A stretch of DNA of 64,000 nucleotides from Ostreococcus lucimarinus (lineage: Eukaryota): the NCBI GenBank assembly GCA_000092065.1, contig CP000593.1; one strand, 5' to 3'. The stretch's first letter is position 1. Each line of letters opens with the position of its first letter. The notes under the pieces are model-generated. The model was not told where the DNA came from. It searched no databases and worked only from the letters and a program-made list of their open reading frames with translations. Of the stretch, positions 18,737-28,107 are shown in pieces. Both the position numbers and the translations under genes were made by a program.

Positions 18737-20602
18737 TCAGGGCGGACACACGGCGATGCGAGGGTTCGATGGACGTAAATCCAACACGAACTCGCAGCCG
18801 CGGAAGAGGTCGGCGCACGCCGCGCCGTCGGCGTGCGGGCTGAGGTCGGCGTCCGGAGGCGCGCCGTCGAGATGGACGACGGCGCGAACGTTTTTAAACT
18901 CGAAGGATTTGAAACGAACGGTCTCGATTCGACCGGTGACGATCTCGTCGCCGACGCGCTGAAGACGACCGGCGCTCTCGCCGGGACCGGACATGATGCC
19001 TCCGGGCTGTAAAGCCTTGGTGCGATTGGCGACGTCGGCTTCGACGGCGACGCGATCGCCGAGCACGACGCCGACCCCGCCGGTCCCCAACGCGAGCTTA
19101 AACAGTCCTCTGCGCTCCGTGGTCATCTCAGTCACGCCCTGGAATCCGTCGTTGGCGATCGTGTACGAGCACTCGACGTACGGAACGCCGTCTATGAAAA
19201 CCACGGGCTCCCACGCGCGTTCGATCTCGGCGCTCGGCTCGTACGCCTCTGGACGAAACACGCGCACGTCCAACTTTGGTGGATCGCGACTTCCAGGGAC
19301 GCGCAACGGCGCGTGAATGCGAACGATGGCGTGCGCGCCGAGCACGGACAAACCGATGACGCCCGCCAGTCGCTCGCCGTTCGGCACTCTGAGCGCGCCG
19401 TCCAAGTTCTGTTCCATGAAAATCGGCGACGACAGGCTGAGCGCGCCGACGGATAACTTTTTCCCACGCCTGAGGGCGCCTTCGAGCGGTGCGGCGACGC
19501 CGACTATCGCCATGGAACCAAACGACGGCATAGACACGGCGTCCGCGACGTGCGGCGCCACGGCGAGTCCAGTCGACGCCGTGTCGAGGACGAACCAATC
19601 CGTCAGGGAAGCGCCGCCGTCGTCGCTCGATTCCAGCGTCGCCTTGACTAATATATGTCCACCTTCGCCTCGGCACGTCGCTATCGTCGCGTCATCGCCC
19701 GACCAAGCGCGCTCGCTCGCCCACGGCGCGACGCTGGAGCTCGGTAACGCCGCGTACGTCTCTCGATCCTCGCTCGCCGACGAAGTCGATTCGGCGCGAA
19801 ACGTCGTCACTTGGCCCTCGGCGTGCGTTCGATGCGCGAGACGCGGCACCGCCACCTCGTCCGTCTCCGAAACCGCCACGCGCTCCCACCCTTCGAACAT
19901 CCACGTCTCGACGCCGCGTTGATGATAAAATTCCGCGCGCCAAGCGAACCCCGTGGCTTCGTCCACGAAGACTCTTCCGCCGACTCGACCGCCGTCGAGC
20001 ATCGACACCGCGTACACGCTCGTCGCGCACCTCGGCACGCGAGGCGCTCGCGCGTCGCTCGACGCACCGAATCCACCGAATCCACCGAACCCGCGACCCG
20101 TTCGTCGCTTCGCCCTCCCTCGTCCTCGCTTTTCGACCTTCGCCGGCGTCGGCGCCTCGACGCCGTACCGCCGCAGCGCCGCCGTCGCCTCGACCCCCTC
20201 CGCGAGCTTCTTCCTCCGCAATCGTCCCGCCGCCGCGAGTTCATCGTTCCACTGATTCGTGCGCACCCACGTCATCATCGCCGACGCGTGCGCGCCGTCG
20301 AGCGTCGTCGCGCGGCGGTCGCCGTACCAGTCGGCGTCCCACGTCGTCCCGTCGTCGTCCCGACCGCTCTCCGTCGTCAGCGCGTCCGCGTCGTCGCCGC
20401 GCGCCAGCGTCACGCGCTCGACGAACGTCGTCCCGCGCGCGTCGTGGGTCAGCTCGAACGCGCCGTCGAGTCCGTGCGCGGTGCACGTCCCGCGGGTCGT
20501 CGCGAGGAGCGCGCGCGTCGTCGCGCGGCGTCCGCGACGCGCGCGCCGTCGCGGACGCGACGCCGGCGCGCGCGACGGCGCGCGCGACGTCGCGACGGAC
20601 AT
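18737..20602 (-). CDS. Hypothetical protein (no confident family assignment; DTAS/aspartic-protease-like motifs are only weak)
   Basis: A long ORF with non-low-complexity segments (…YVECSYTIANDGFQGVTEMTTERRGLFKLALGTGG…). The start is set to ATG at 20602 because the track start (20683) lies inside a duplicated 3'UTR segment of the upstream gene. Confidence 0.4.
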   Translation of the reverse strand: MSVATSRAPSRAPASRPRRRARRGRRATTRALLATTRGTCTAHGLDGAFELTHDARGTTFVERVTLARGDDADALTTESGRDDDGTTWDADWYGDRRATTLDGAHASAMMTWVRTNQWNDELAAAGRLRRKKLAEGVEATAALRRYGVEAPTPAKVEKRGRGRAKRRTGRGFGGFGGFGASSDARAPRVPRCATSVYAVSMLDGGRVGGRVFVDEATGFAWRAEFYHQRGVETWMFEGWERVAVSETDEVAVPRLAHRTHAEGQVTTFRAESTSSASEDRETYAALPSSSVAPWASERAWSGDDATIATCRGEGGHILVKATLESSDDGGASLTDWFVLDTASTGLAVAPHVADAVSMPSFGSMAIVGVAAPLEGALRRGKKLSVGALSLSSPIFMEQNLDGALRVPNGERLAGVIGLSVLGAHAIVRIHAPLRVPGSRDPPKLDVRVFRPEAYEPSAEIERAWEPVVFIDGVPYVECSYTIANDGFQGVTEMTTERRGLFKLALGTGGVGVVLGDRVAVEADVANRTKALQPGGIMSGPGESAGRLQRVGDEIVTGRIETVRFKSFEFKNVRAVVHLDGAPPDADLSPHADGAACADLFRGCEFVLDLRPSNPRIAVCPP

Positions 20603-20629
20603 GTTTCGTCCGCGAGCGCGCGACGGCGC

Positions 20630-20785
20630 GATGTGACGACGCGACGATGGTGACTGCGATGAGTGACTTGATGATGACTTCAACGCGCGATTTTACAGTG
20701 GCCGCGAAAGTACGGCGCGACGATGGTGACTGCGATGAGTGACTTGATGATGACTTCAACGCGCGATTTTACAGTGGCCGCGAAA
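20630..20785. repeat. Tandem direct duplication, 2 x 76 bp, containing the stop codon and last codons of the AKR gene
   Basis: Identical 76-mers at 20630-20705 and 20706-20781 (…cgacgatggtgactgcgatgagtgacttgatgatgacttcaacgcgcgattttacagtggccgcgaaagtacgg…). Confidence 0.85.
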
Positions 20786-21859
20786 GTACGGCGCGGCGGA
20801 CGCGCGACACTTTTCCCAACCCGCGTCGAAGGCGTCGAGAATGTCCCGGTGCAGCGGCTCTTCGCGCGCGGCGCTCGCTAAATTCGCCTCGAGCTGCGCC
20901 GCGCTCGACGCGCCGACGATGACGGCGTCGCCCTCGGCGCCGTCCAACGCGGAGTGCCGGTAGAGCCATCGCAGCGAGGCGTCCGCGGGCGCGACGCCGC
21001 GCTTCTCGCACGCCTCCACCACCTCGGCCACGGCTTCGTGATAGCACGGCAACCAAAATCGAGACTGATACATGTCGTTCCCGGCGAATCGCCCGCCGGA
21101 CACCGCGCCGACGTCGGTGTTGCCCTTGTATTTCCCCGTCAACAACCCTCCGCAGAGGGGATTGTACGCCGCGAAGCGCATCTTCGTCGCCCGCAGCGCC
21201 GGCACCAACTCCGCCTCGACGTTTCGCGTCAGCGCGTTGTACATCCCCTGATAAATCGTCGGTCTCTTCCACCCGTACTTTTCGCACAGCTCGTGCGCCT
21301 TGACCGTCTCCCACGCCGAAAAATTCGACAGTCCCACGTCTTCGAACGCGCGCTCCTCGACGCGCAGCCGTTCGCACTCTCGCAGCGCCTCCTCCAGCGT
21401 CGTGTCCGCGTCCGGCGCGTGTAAATACAGCGTTCGAATCTTCGTCCCTCGCAGCGATTCCACGCTCCGTCGCACCTGCGCCCGCAGTTCGTTCGCCCCT
21501 AACCCCCCTCGTCCCGCGCTCGGCGTCATCGTCCCGCCCGGCCACGGATTCGCCTTCGTGTCGACGCGCGCGCGCCGTCCCGCGTCGACGCGTCCGAGGA
21601 TTCGCTCCGTCTCCCCGTTCGCGTACGCGATCGCGGTGTCGATCTCGTCGTGCCCGGCGCGCGCGAACGCGTCCAGCATTCGCGCGCTCGCGTCGTCGTC
21701 GCACGCTTCGCTCGCGTGTCGCCACCCGAACGTCATCGTCCCGAGGATCGTCCGCACGTTAGGCGCCGTCGGCGACGCGCGCGCGCTCGACGCGCGTCGA
21801 TCGCGACGCGTCGATCGCGACGCGACGCGAGGGCGCATCGACGCGAGCGTCGGCCGCAT
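20756..21859 (-). CDS. Aldo/keto reductase, AKR7 (aflatoxin-aldehyde-reductase)-like, with N-terminal targeting-like extension
   Basis: …TILGTMTFGW… motif, …IDTAIAYANGETE…, and a C-terminal ending …APYFRGHCKIAR typical of the AKR7 subfamily. ATG reverse complement is at 21857-21859. Confidence 0.75.
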   Translation of the reverse strand: MRPTLASMRPRVASRSTRRDRRASSARASPTAPNVRTILGTMTFGWRHASEACDDDASARMLDAFARAGHDEIDTAIAYANGETERILGRVDAGRRARVDTKANPWPGGTMTPSAGRGGLGANELRAQVRRSVESLRGTKIRTLYLHAPDADTTLEEALRECERLRVEERAFEDVGLSNFSAWETVKAHELCEKYGWKRPTIYQGMYNALTRNVEAELVPALRATKMRFAAYNPLCGGLLTGKYKGNTDVGAVSGGRFAGNDMYQSRFWLPCYHEAVAEVVEACEKRGVAPADASLRWLYRHSALDGAEGDAVIVGASSAAQLEANLASAAREEPLHRDILDAFDAGWEKCRASAAPYFRGHCKIAR

Positions 21860-21865
21860 GGTGGA

Positions 21866-22030
21866 TCGATTGTGACGCTTCGGGACGACGCGTCACATCG
21901 CGACGACGCGTCGCGACGCGCGCGTCGGACGCGACGCGATTCCGAAGCGTCACGATCGCGACGCGTCGCGATCGTCGCGGGACGCATCGTTCGGGCGCGA
22001 TTCCGACGCGTCGCGATTCCGACGCGTCGG
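21866..22030. promoter_or_regulatory. Divergent promoter region with hairpin TGTGACGC-(11 nt)-GCGTCACA (21871-21897) and five ACGCGT (MluI/MCB-like) cores within GACGCGTC repeats
   Basis: Read directly; it lies between the AKR start (minus, 21859) and the helicase start (plus, 22032). Confidence 0.6.
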
Positions 22031-22031
22031 G

Positions 22032-25000
22032 ATGGAATCTTCGGAGGGAATCTTCGCGGGACGACGCGACGGCGACGCGAGCGACGCGCGGGCGTCGGCG
22101 CGCGATGGGACGCGACGAGCGATGATGGATGACCGCGCGCGGAGTCGCGAGGGGGCGCGGGACGACGCGCGTCAACAGCATCATCCGCGACGCGGGCGAC
22201 CGAGCGGGACGGCGGCGACGGCGCGGGGCGGACGCGAATACGGCGGACGAGGGCGCGCGCGCGCGACGCAGGGGTACGGATACGAGCACGGGCACGGGTA
22301 CGGGCACGGGCACGGGTACGGGTACGGGTACGGGTACGGGTACGGGTACGCCGGACACGCGCCGAGCGGCGGGGGCGGCGGACGCGGACGAGGGAAGAAG
22401 ACGGCGAAACCGCCGCCGAAAATCGCGTACGCGACGAAGATTAAGCGGTGCGTGAACACCGGGGACGTGAGCGGGGCGTTCGAGTTTTTCGCGCACGCGA
22501 TGGCGAGGTATAGGTTTGAGACGGCGAATGGGACGTTTAAGCGACACCCGGGCGATCCCGCGACGGTGTGTCCGATGGGGATCGACGAGACGACGTATTA
22601 CAAGCTCGTCGCGGCGTTGGTCAAGGAGACGCACGCCGATCACGCGAGCGAGGTGGCGCGAGCGATGGCGGCGTTCGGGTTGAAGATGTCGGTCAAGAGA
22701 TTTACCGAGGTCATCGCCGCGATTCCGTGCCGGACGAGGGCGAAGGAGGCGTTGGCGTTCGTGGACGCGTGCTGTCGAGGGGCGGATCTCGTCGGCGAAG
22801 AAACCGCGTCGACGTCTTCGAGCACGGGGGGTGTTTTAGAGTTTGGTGATCTCGCCACGGCGGCGTATTACACGAAAAACGTTCGTCTGTTGGTGATGGA
22901 GTTTTGCGAGGAGTCTAATCAAATCATGGAGCGCATCAAGAAGCGGTCGCCGAAATCGCTCGAGCAGGCGGGGACGTGTTCGTTGAACCTCGTGGCGAAA
23001 CCGTCCAAGCTCAAGGGTGGGCGCTTGTGCTTATCCACACCGACGAGCGCGGACGCGCCAAACGTCATCACGCGCATGGCGTGCTTGAAATCGCTCGAGT
23101 CTAACGACGGCAAACGAGGCGTGCAGGTGGGTGATTCCATCCTCGTGCGAAGGTACCAGCCGCCAGTCGAGCAGGAGGAACCCGAATCCGAACCCGAGCC
23201 CGTGAACCAAATCGCGGCAAACTCGTCGTTGAAAGTCACCGCGGCCGCGTTCGTGCCGAGACCCAAAGCTCCGAAGCCGCTCGCGGCGCCGGAGACGCCC
23301 GTGGAAGAGTACGAAGGCGTGATTGAAATCGTCCCGTACACGCTCAACGAGTTGCACATCAAGCTCGATCACGGCGACGTCCAACAACTTTCCGGCGACG
23401 ATTGGCGCATCGATCGATTAGCGAACAGAATCACGTACACGCGTCAAATAGAGTCGCTGTACGAACTTCTCGAGCCGAACGATCCGACGAAGAAGGCCAT
23501 CTGCAACACGAATCCCGTGTTTCGACAAATTCTCACCGCCGGCTTTCAAAGACCGGCGAAAGATTTGGCGGACGAACTCGCGGCGGCGATCGGCTCGCTT
23601 AACGTGCGAGGGGATGATAAAACCGATGGTATCGATCAAAGCGGCGCGCCACCTCTCGCGGCGAAGGAACCGCGATTCAACGTGTGCGAAACCCAACCGT
23701 GGCTCCCCGGGTGCGAGATGGTCGAGCGCGACGTCGTGCCCACGCTGTGCCAAGGGACGATTAATCCCACGGGCGATTTATCGCTCGCTGGACCGTACGA
23801 TCGCGTCGTCGACAGCGTGACAAGAATCCACAGCCTGAACACGTCGCAGCGCGACGCCATGAAAGCGGCGTTGGAGCGACGATTGACGTTGATTCAAGGG
23901 CCGCCGGGAACCGGCAAGACGCACACGTCGGTGGCCATCGTTCGCGGCATGCTCGAAATCGGGCACGGACCCGTATTGTGCACGTCCGACTCGAATACCG
24001 CGGTGGATAACATGGTCGAGGGCCTGGCGAAGGCTGGTGTGAACGTCATTCGTTTAGGGCGACCCGAGGCGGTGCGACCTGATTTGGCGCGGTATCAAAT
24101 CGAAAACGCCATTCCGCCGGGGGCGACGAAGCACGAGGCGTATGAGGCGCAGTTGCGCGCGGTGCGTTACGCACAAGCCGTGTGCGCGACGTGTTCGGGA
24201 TCTGGAAGCGACTTCCTCGATCGAATCAACTTTAGTGCTGTGATGTTGGACGAGGCGAGCCAAGTGACCGAGCCCATGGCCCTCGTTCCGCTTGCGAACG
24301 GTTGTCAACAGCTCGTCCTCGTGGGCGATCACAAACAACTTCCGCCGACGGTGGTTTCGCGCGAAGCCGAGCTCGCGGGCATGACACTCTCGCTGTTTGA
24401 CCGCTTGATTCGGGCCGGGGTGAAGCCGTACTTGTTAGACACGCAGTTCCGCATGCACCCGGCGATCAGTTACTTTCCGTCGCTGTCGTTTTACAAGGGT
24501 CTCGTGAAGAGCGGCACGCCAGCCGCCGAGCGTCCGGCGCCCAAAGGATTCGCGTGGCCCATTCCGAGCGTGCCGATCGCGTTCTGTCCATCACCTCAAG
24601 ACGCCATGGAAACTAACGATAATATGAGCTACTCAAACAAAGTCGAAGCCGAGCGAGTGATGAAGATTCTCACCGATCTTCTCCAAGCGAAGGAGTTGCG
24701 CGAGTGCAACATCGGCATCGTGACGCCGTACGCGTCGCAGGTGCGACTGATTCGATCGATGTTACGCGCGCGAGGCGTGCGTACGGGCGTGGATAGAGAA
24801 ACCGGCGAAGCCGGGGTCGAAGTGTCTTCCGTCGACGGCTATCAAGGTCGAGAAAAGGAGCTCATGATAGTCTCCACCGTGCGCGCGAACAACCTCAACA
24901 CCATCGGTTTCGTCGCGGACGCTCGACGATGCAACGTCACGCTCACGAGGGCGCGAAGAGGCGTCATAGTCGTCGGTCACGCCTCGACGCTTTCACGCGA

Positions 25001-25178
25001 TCGACGCACATGGGGCCCTTGGGTGCGGTGGGTGCAGAAATCCGGTCTTACGCTCGGCGTCAAGGGTCGACGCGAAGACATCGAGGCGGTGCGAGCGATT
25101 GAAGCGGACGTCCAAAACGCGCCGGCGAGGCGACTCGTGCCCCCACCGCGCGGACTCGTTCCTAGAGGTATGCGTTAG
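22032..25178 (+). CDS. Upf1-like superfamily-1 helicase with N-terminal RGG/GY-rich low-complexity region
   Basis: Motif I LIQGPPGTGKTHTSVAIV, motif II VMLDEASQVTE, LVLVGDHKQLPPTV, motif V VSSVDGYQGREKELMIVSTVRAN, motif VI …CNVTLTRARRGVIVVG. ATG is at 22032. The N-terminal 150 aa are low complexity and the true start could be downstream. Confidence 0.75.
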   Translation: MESSEGIFAGRRDGDASDARASARDGTRRAMMDDRARSREGARDDARQQHHPRRGRPSGTAATARGGREYGGRGRARATQGYGYEHGHGYGHGHGYGYGYGYGYGYAGHAPSGGGGGRGRGKKTAKPPPKIAYATKIKRCVNTGDVSGAFEFFAHAMARYRFETANGTFKRHPGDPATVCPMGIDETTYYKLVAALVKETHADHASEVARAMAAFGLKMSVKRFTEVIAAIPCRTRAKEALAFVDACCRGADLVGEETASTSSSTGGVLEFGDLATAAYYTKNVRLLVMEFCEESNQIMERIKKRSPKSLEQAGTCSLNLVAKPSKLKGGRLCLSTPTSADAPNVITRMACLKSLESNDGKRGVQVGDSILVRRYQPPVEQEEPESEPEPVNQIAANSSLKVTAAAFVPRPKAPKPLAAPETPVEEYEGVIEIVPYTLNELHIKLDHGDVQQLSGDDWRIDRLANRITYTRQIESLYELLEPNDPTKKAICNTNPVFRQILTAGFQRPAKDLADELAAAIGSLNVRGDDKTDGIDQSGAPPLAAKEPRFNVCETQPWLPGCEMVERDVVPTLCQGTINPTGDLSLAGPYDRVVDSVTRIHSLNTSQRDAMKAALERRLTLIQGPPGTGKTHTSVAIVRGMLEIGHGPVLCTSDSNTAVDNMVEGLAKAGVNVIRLGRPEAVRPDLARYQIENAIPPGATKHEAYEAQLRAVRYAQAVCATCSGSGSDFLDRINFSAVMLDEASQVTEPMALVPLANGCQQLVLVGDHKQLPPTVVSREAELAGMTLSLFDRLIRAGVKPYLLDTQFRMHPAISYFPSLSFYKGLVKSGTPAAERPAPKGFAWPIPSVPIAFCPSPQDAMETNDNMSYSNKVEAERVMKILTDLLQAKELRECNIGIVTPYASQVRLIRSMLRARGVRTGVDRETGEAGVEVSSVDGYQGREKELMIVSTVRANNLNTIGFVADARRCNVTLTRARRGVIVVGHASTLSRDRRTWGPWVRWVQKSGLTLGVKGRREDIEAVRAIEADVQNAPARRLVPPPRGLVPRGMR
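22272..22351 (+). repeat. (GTACGG)/(GCACGG) hexanucleotide repeat encoding a (GY/GH)n tract
   Basis: ggtacgggcacgggtacgggtacggg… is read directly; it gives GYGHGHGYGYGYGYGYGY in the helicase frame. Confidence 0.85.
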
Positions 25179-25216
25179 AAATGACACGACTATTGTACAC
25201 ACACACGAAGATTCTT

Positions 25217-26467
25217 TTACGAAAACTCGCAAAACCAGCGACTCGATTCGCCACTCTCGGGACGAGGCATCTCGCGCGCGTCGTCTCTGTTCGACGAAGC
25301 GTCGGCGCCGTCGTCGCCCCTTTGCTCGAATCGCACATCGGCGTACTCTCCCGCCAGGAGTTTCGAGAATCGCTCGTCGAACCATTTCGCGAACGCGTCG
25401 TCGCGTCGCACTATTCCCTCGTCCACCGCGAGTTCGCGAAGACCCTGATACGCCGAGGGAAACTCGAGACATTTTCGCTCGCCGCCGAATCGCTCCAGCG
25501 CGCGCTTCATGCGGTCGTTCTTCACGCGCTTCTCCCCGCGCGAAGCCTCCTCGCGCGCGACCGGCGCGGCCGGCGCCTCGGACGCGCCGTCGCGCGCGAC
25601 GCCCACGAGTCGCTCCGCGAACGCCACGGCGTCTCGTCGCGACATCGGAAAGTCATCGACGACGTTGTACGCGTCGCTCGCGGCTTCGCCCGCGCGCATC
25701 GTCGCCGCGATTAAATTCACCGCGTCTCGCACGTGCACGCGACTCGTGTACGCGCGCGACGCGCGCGCGCGCTGACTCGCGCTTTCGCTCTCCCCCCTCG
25801 CCCTTCGCTTCACCGTCTCCAGCGCGTTCCTTCCCGGCCCGTAAATCCCTCCGAGGCGGTAGGAGACGACTTTCAATTCGCCGTTCGCCGCCTTCGCGAG
25901 CGCCGACCATCGCTCTTCGGCGTCGCGTCGCGTCTTCGCCGTTCCCGACGCCGCCCGGCGCGCGCTCGTCTCGTCCACCCATCGTCCCTCGTGATCGCCG
26001 TACACCGCGGTCGTGCTGCAGTACCCCACGAACCGCGTCCTTCGTCGTCCCGCGTCGTCCCGGCGCGCCGCTTTTAACGTCCTCGCGAACGCGTCGTACA
26101 CCGGATCCCTCCACCCCTCGCCCGTCTCCGCGCTTACCGGCGGCACGGCGACGATGACGTGCGTCGCCCGCTCGACCATCGCTTCGATCGCCTCGGAGTC
26201 GCCTCGCGTCCCGCGCCACGTCGTCGTCGTCTCGTCGTTCGCGCCGTCGTCGAGCGTCGTCCCTCGCACGACGTACCCTTCTTTCGTGAGCGCTTGAGCG
26301 AGCGCGCGTCCGAGGTACCCGAGCCCGAACACGAACACCTCGTCGCGCGTCGCGCGCGGAGCGTCATGAGCGCGTCCCGGTCGCGTCGTGTGCCGCGTCG
26401 CGCGCGCGTCGACGCGTCGGGCGCGGACGCGGACGCGCTCGCGCGCCACTCCGTCGCGCGTCGACAT
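25217..26467 (-). CDS. NAD(P)-binding Rossmann-fold epimerase/dehydratase (SDR family)
   Basis: VFVFGLGYLGRALAQAL Rossmann motif, then …GYCSTTAVYGDHEG… (YxxxK-like region). The track ORF runs to 26635 (R/S-rich leader). The Met at 26467 is the last ATG before the Rossmann fold, and either start is possible. Confidence 0.55.
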   Translation of the reverse strand: MSTRDGVARERVRVRARRVDARATRHTTRPGRAHDAPRATRDEVFVFGLGYLGRALAQALTKEGYVVRGTTLDDGANDETTTTWRGTRGDSEAIEAMVERATHVIVAVPPVSAETGEGWRDPVYDAFARTLKAARRDDAGRRRTRFVGYCSTTAVYGDHEGRWVDETSARRAASGTAKTRRDAEERWSALAKAANGELKVVSYRLGGIYGPGRNALETVKRRARGESESASQRARASRAYTSRVHVRDAVNLIAATMRAGEAASDAYNVVDDFPMSRRDAVAFAERLVGVARDGASEAPAAPVAREEASRGEKRVKNDRMKRALERFGGERKCLEFPSAYQGLRELAVDEGIVRRDDAFAKWFDERFSKLLAGEYADVRFEQRGDDGADASSNRDDAREMPRPESGESSRWFCEFS

Positions 26468-27278
26468 GGCGCTCGACGTCGCGTCGCGATGCGTCGCGAA
26501 TCTCCGTCGCGTCGACGCGCGCCGGCGATTCCCGCGTCGACGCGCCGTCGCGTCGTCCTCCGCGCGCGATCTGCTCGACGCGATCGCGCGCGAGGCGGAC
26601 GACGACGCGATTCGCGCGCGCGTCGACGAACTCACCGAAACGTTCGAGCTCGACCGCGCGTTCGGTGGCGACGGCGACGCCGTCGCGGCGGCGCTGCACG
26701 GGACGTGGAGACTCGCGCACGCGTCGAAGAGCGCGTTCGATCCGCGCGCGCCGCTGGGGAGACGGACGGACGCGACGACGCCGGGATTGGAGGCGGCGTT
26801 CGCGACGCTCTTCGACGACGCGAACGCGAGCGGGAGCGGGAGCGGGAGCGCGAACGCGAGCGGGAGCTCGTCGCCGATTCAGCGCGCGGTGCTGTCGAAA
26901 CTCAGCGATGGTGGGTTCGCGGTGCGACAGGGGGTGCGATTGCGCGGCGAGGCGCGAAAACGTCGAGTCGACCAGGCGGTGTGCTTCGGCGACGGATACG
27001 GATGGTTTCGGCTGAGCGCGAACGCGCGCCTGGACGCGCGCGAGGGGAGGATCGATTACGGGTTCGATTTAGCGTACGTGGACCTGAAGAAACCGATCGC
27101 GGTGCGAGTGCCGTATCCGGTGCCGTTCAGGTTGCTCGGGAAGGAGGCGATGGGGTACCTGACGTGCGATTACGTCGGCGACGGCGTGCGCGTGTGCACG
27201 GGGAACAAGGGCACGACGTTCGTCTTCGTCAAGGAAGACGACGACGCGCTTCCGTACGCGAACGAATTCTACGACTAG
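26466..27278 (+). CDS. Plastid-lipid-associated protein / fibrillin-like (PAP_fibrillin)
   Basis: …LLDAIAREADDDAIRARVDELTETFE… and the LHGTWRLAHASKSAFDPRAPLG block resemble the fibrillin L-x-G-x-W-x-L-x-Y-T-S signature. The track start at 26388 is GTG; the first ATG is at 26466. Confidence 0.45.
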   Translation: MALDVASRCVANLRRVDARRRFPRRRAVASSSARDLLDAIAREADDDAIRARVDELTETFELDRAFGGDGDAVAAALHGTWRLAHASKSAFDPRAPLGRRTDATTPGLEAAFATLFDDANASGSGSGSANASGSSSPIQRAVLSKLSDGGFAVRQGVRLRGEARKRRVDQAVCFGDGYGWFRLSANARLDAREGRIDYGFDLAYVDLKKPIAVRVPYPVPFRLLGKEAMGYLTCDYVGDGVRVCTGNKGTTFVFVKEDDDALPYANEFYD

Positions 27279-27358
27279 CTTAGCGTTATTACAAAAGTAC
27301 ATTATCACAAAAGGACGAACGCGACGCGCGCGCGCGACGAACGTCCGCGCGAACAAAG

Positions 27359-28084
27359 TCACCGCGTCCGCGCGCGCCGCGTCGACGCTCGAATCGCGCG
27401 CAACGCGCACGCCGCGCCCGCCAACTGCGCCGCCGCGTTCGTCGCGCGCACGCGCCCCACCGCGCTCGCGTCCCCGACCGGCACGTCCCAAATACCATCC
27501 GTTCGCGCCCGCGCGACGCGCGTCGTTCCGTCCATCAGCGTCGCCGCCGCGCCGAAGTCGATTTCGATCCTCGCCGCGCCGCCGCCCGGCCGCGTCGCGC
27601 CGTATCGCGCGTGCGCCATCGCCGCGAACGCGAGCGCGCGTTCGTCGCCGTGCGACGCAGTCGTTTGAATCATTCGTCGCGCGCACGTCACCGCGCTCTC
27701 GCTCGCGCTCGCGCTCGTTCGTTCGCCATCCGCGTCGCCGCTCGTCTCGCACGTCCACCCGTCGCTCGCGCGCGTCGCCGCCCGAATCTCATCCGCGTCG
27801 AACGTCGCGCCCGGAGGCAGGCGAACCGAAACGGCGATCCAGCGCGCGTTCGCGGGCGCGTCGTCGATCGTCATCGCCAGCGCGCGATGGAACCCGCGCC
27901 CGCGCGGCGTCATCGACGCGCGGAACGATGACTCGGCGCGGAACGAATCATCGTCGTCGGAACGCCTCGACGACGCGTCGAGCGCGTCGCGGAGCGCCTC
28001 CAGCGCGTCGAGCGCGTCGACGTCGACGCCGTCGCGCATCCGAACGGCGCGCGCCGACCGCGTCGGCGTCGCGGCGCGTTTCAA
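27359..28084 (-). CDS. Hypothetical protein (weakly supported ORF)
   Basis: A 241-codon open frame with a mixed-composition C-terminal half and no recognisable family. It could be a chance ORF in GC-rich DNA. Confidence 0.25.
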   Translation of the reverse strand: MKRAATPTRSARAVRMRDGVDVDALDALEALRDALDASSRRSDDDDSFRAESSFRASMTPRGRGFHRALAMTIDDAPANARWIAVSVRLPPGATFDADEIRAATRASDGWTCETSGDADGERTSASASESAVTCARRMIQTTASHGDERALAFAAMAHARYGATRPGGGAARIEIDFGAAATLMDGTTRVARARTDGIWDVPVGDASAVGRVRATNAAAQLAGAACALRAIRASTRRARTR

Positions 28085-28107
28085 AGTGTCGCCACAAAGC
28101 GTCGCGC

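Noticed and set aside
19811-20653. 280-aa plus-strand ORF dominated by RRRR/PRR runs
   Set aside because: It is antisense to the 18737-20602 gene, with extreme Arg bias from CGN-rich antisense codons.
20769-21725. 318-aa minus-strand ORF overlapping the AKR gene in another frame
   Set aside because: It is an alternate reading frame of a gene with clear AKR motifs in the chosen frame, and it is Arg/Gly-rich junk.
25099-27283. Plus-strand ORFs 25099-26157 (352 aa) and 26159-27283 (374 aa)
   Set aside because: The first is antisense to the SDR gene. The second is an alternate frame of the fibrillin-like gene. Both are R/P/S low complexity.
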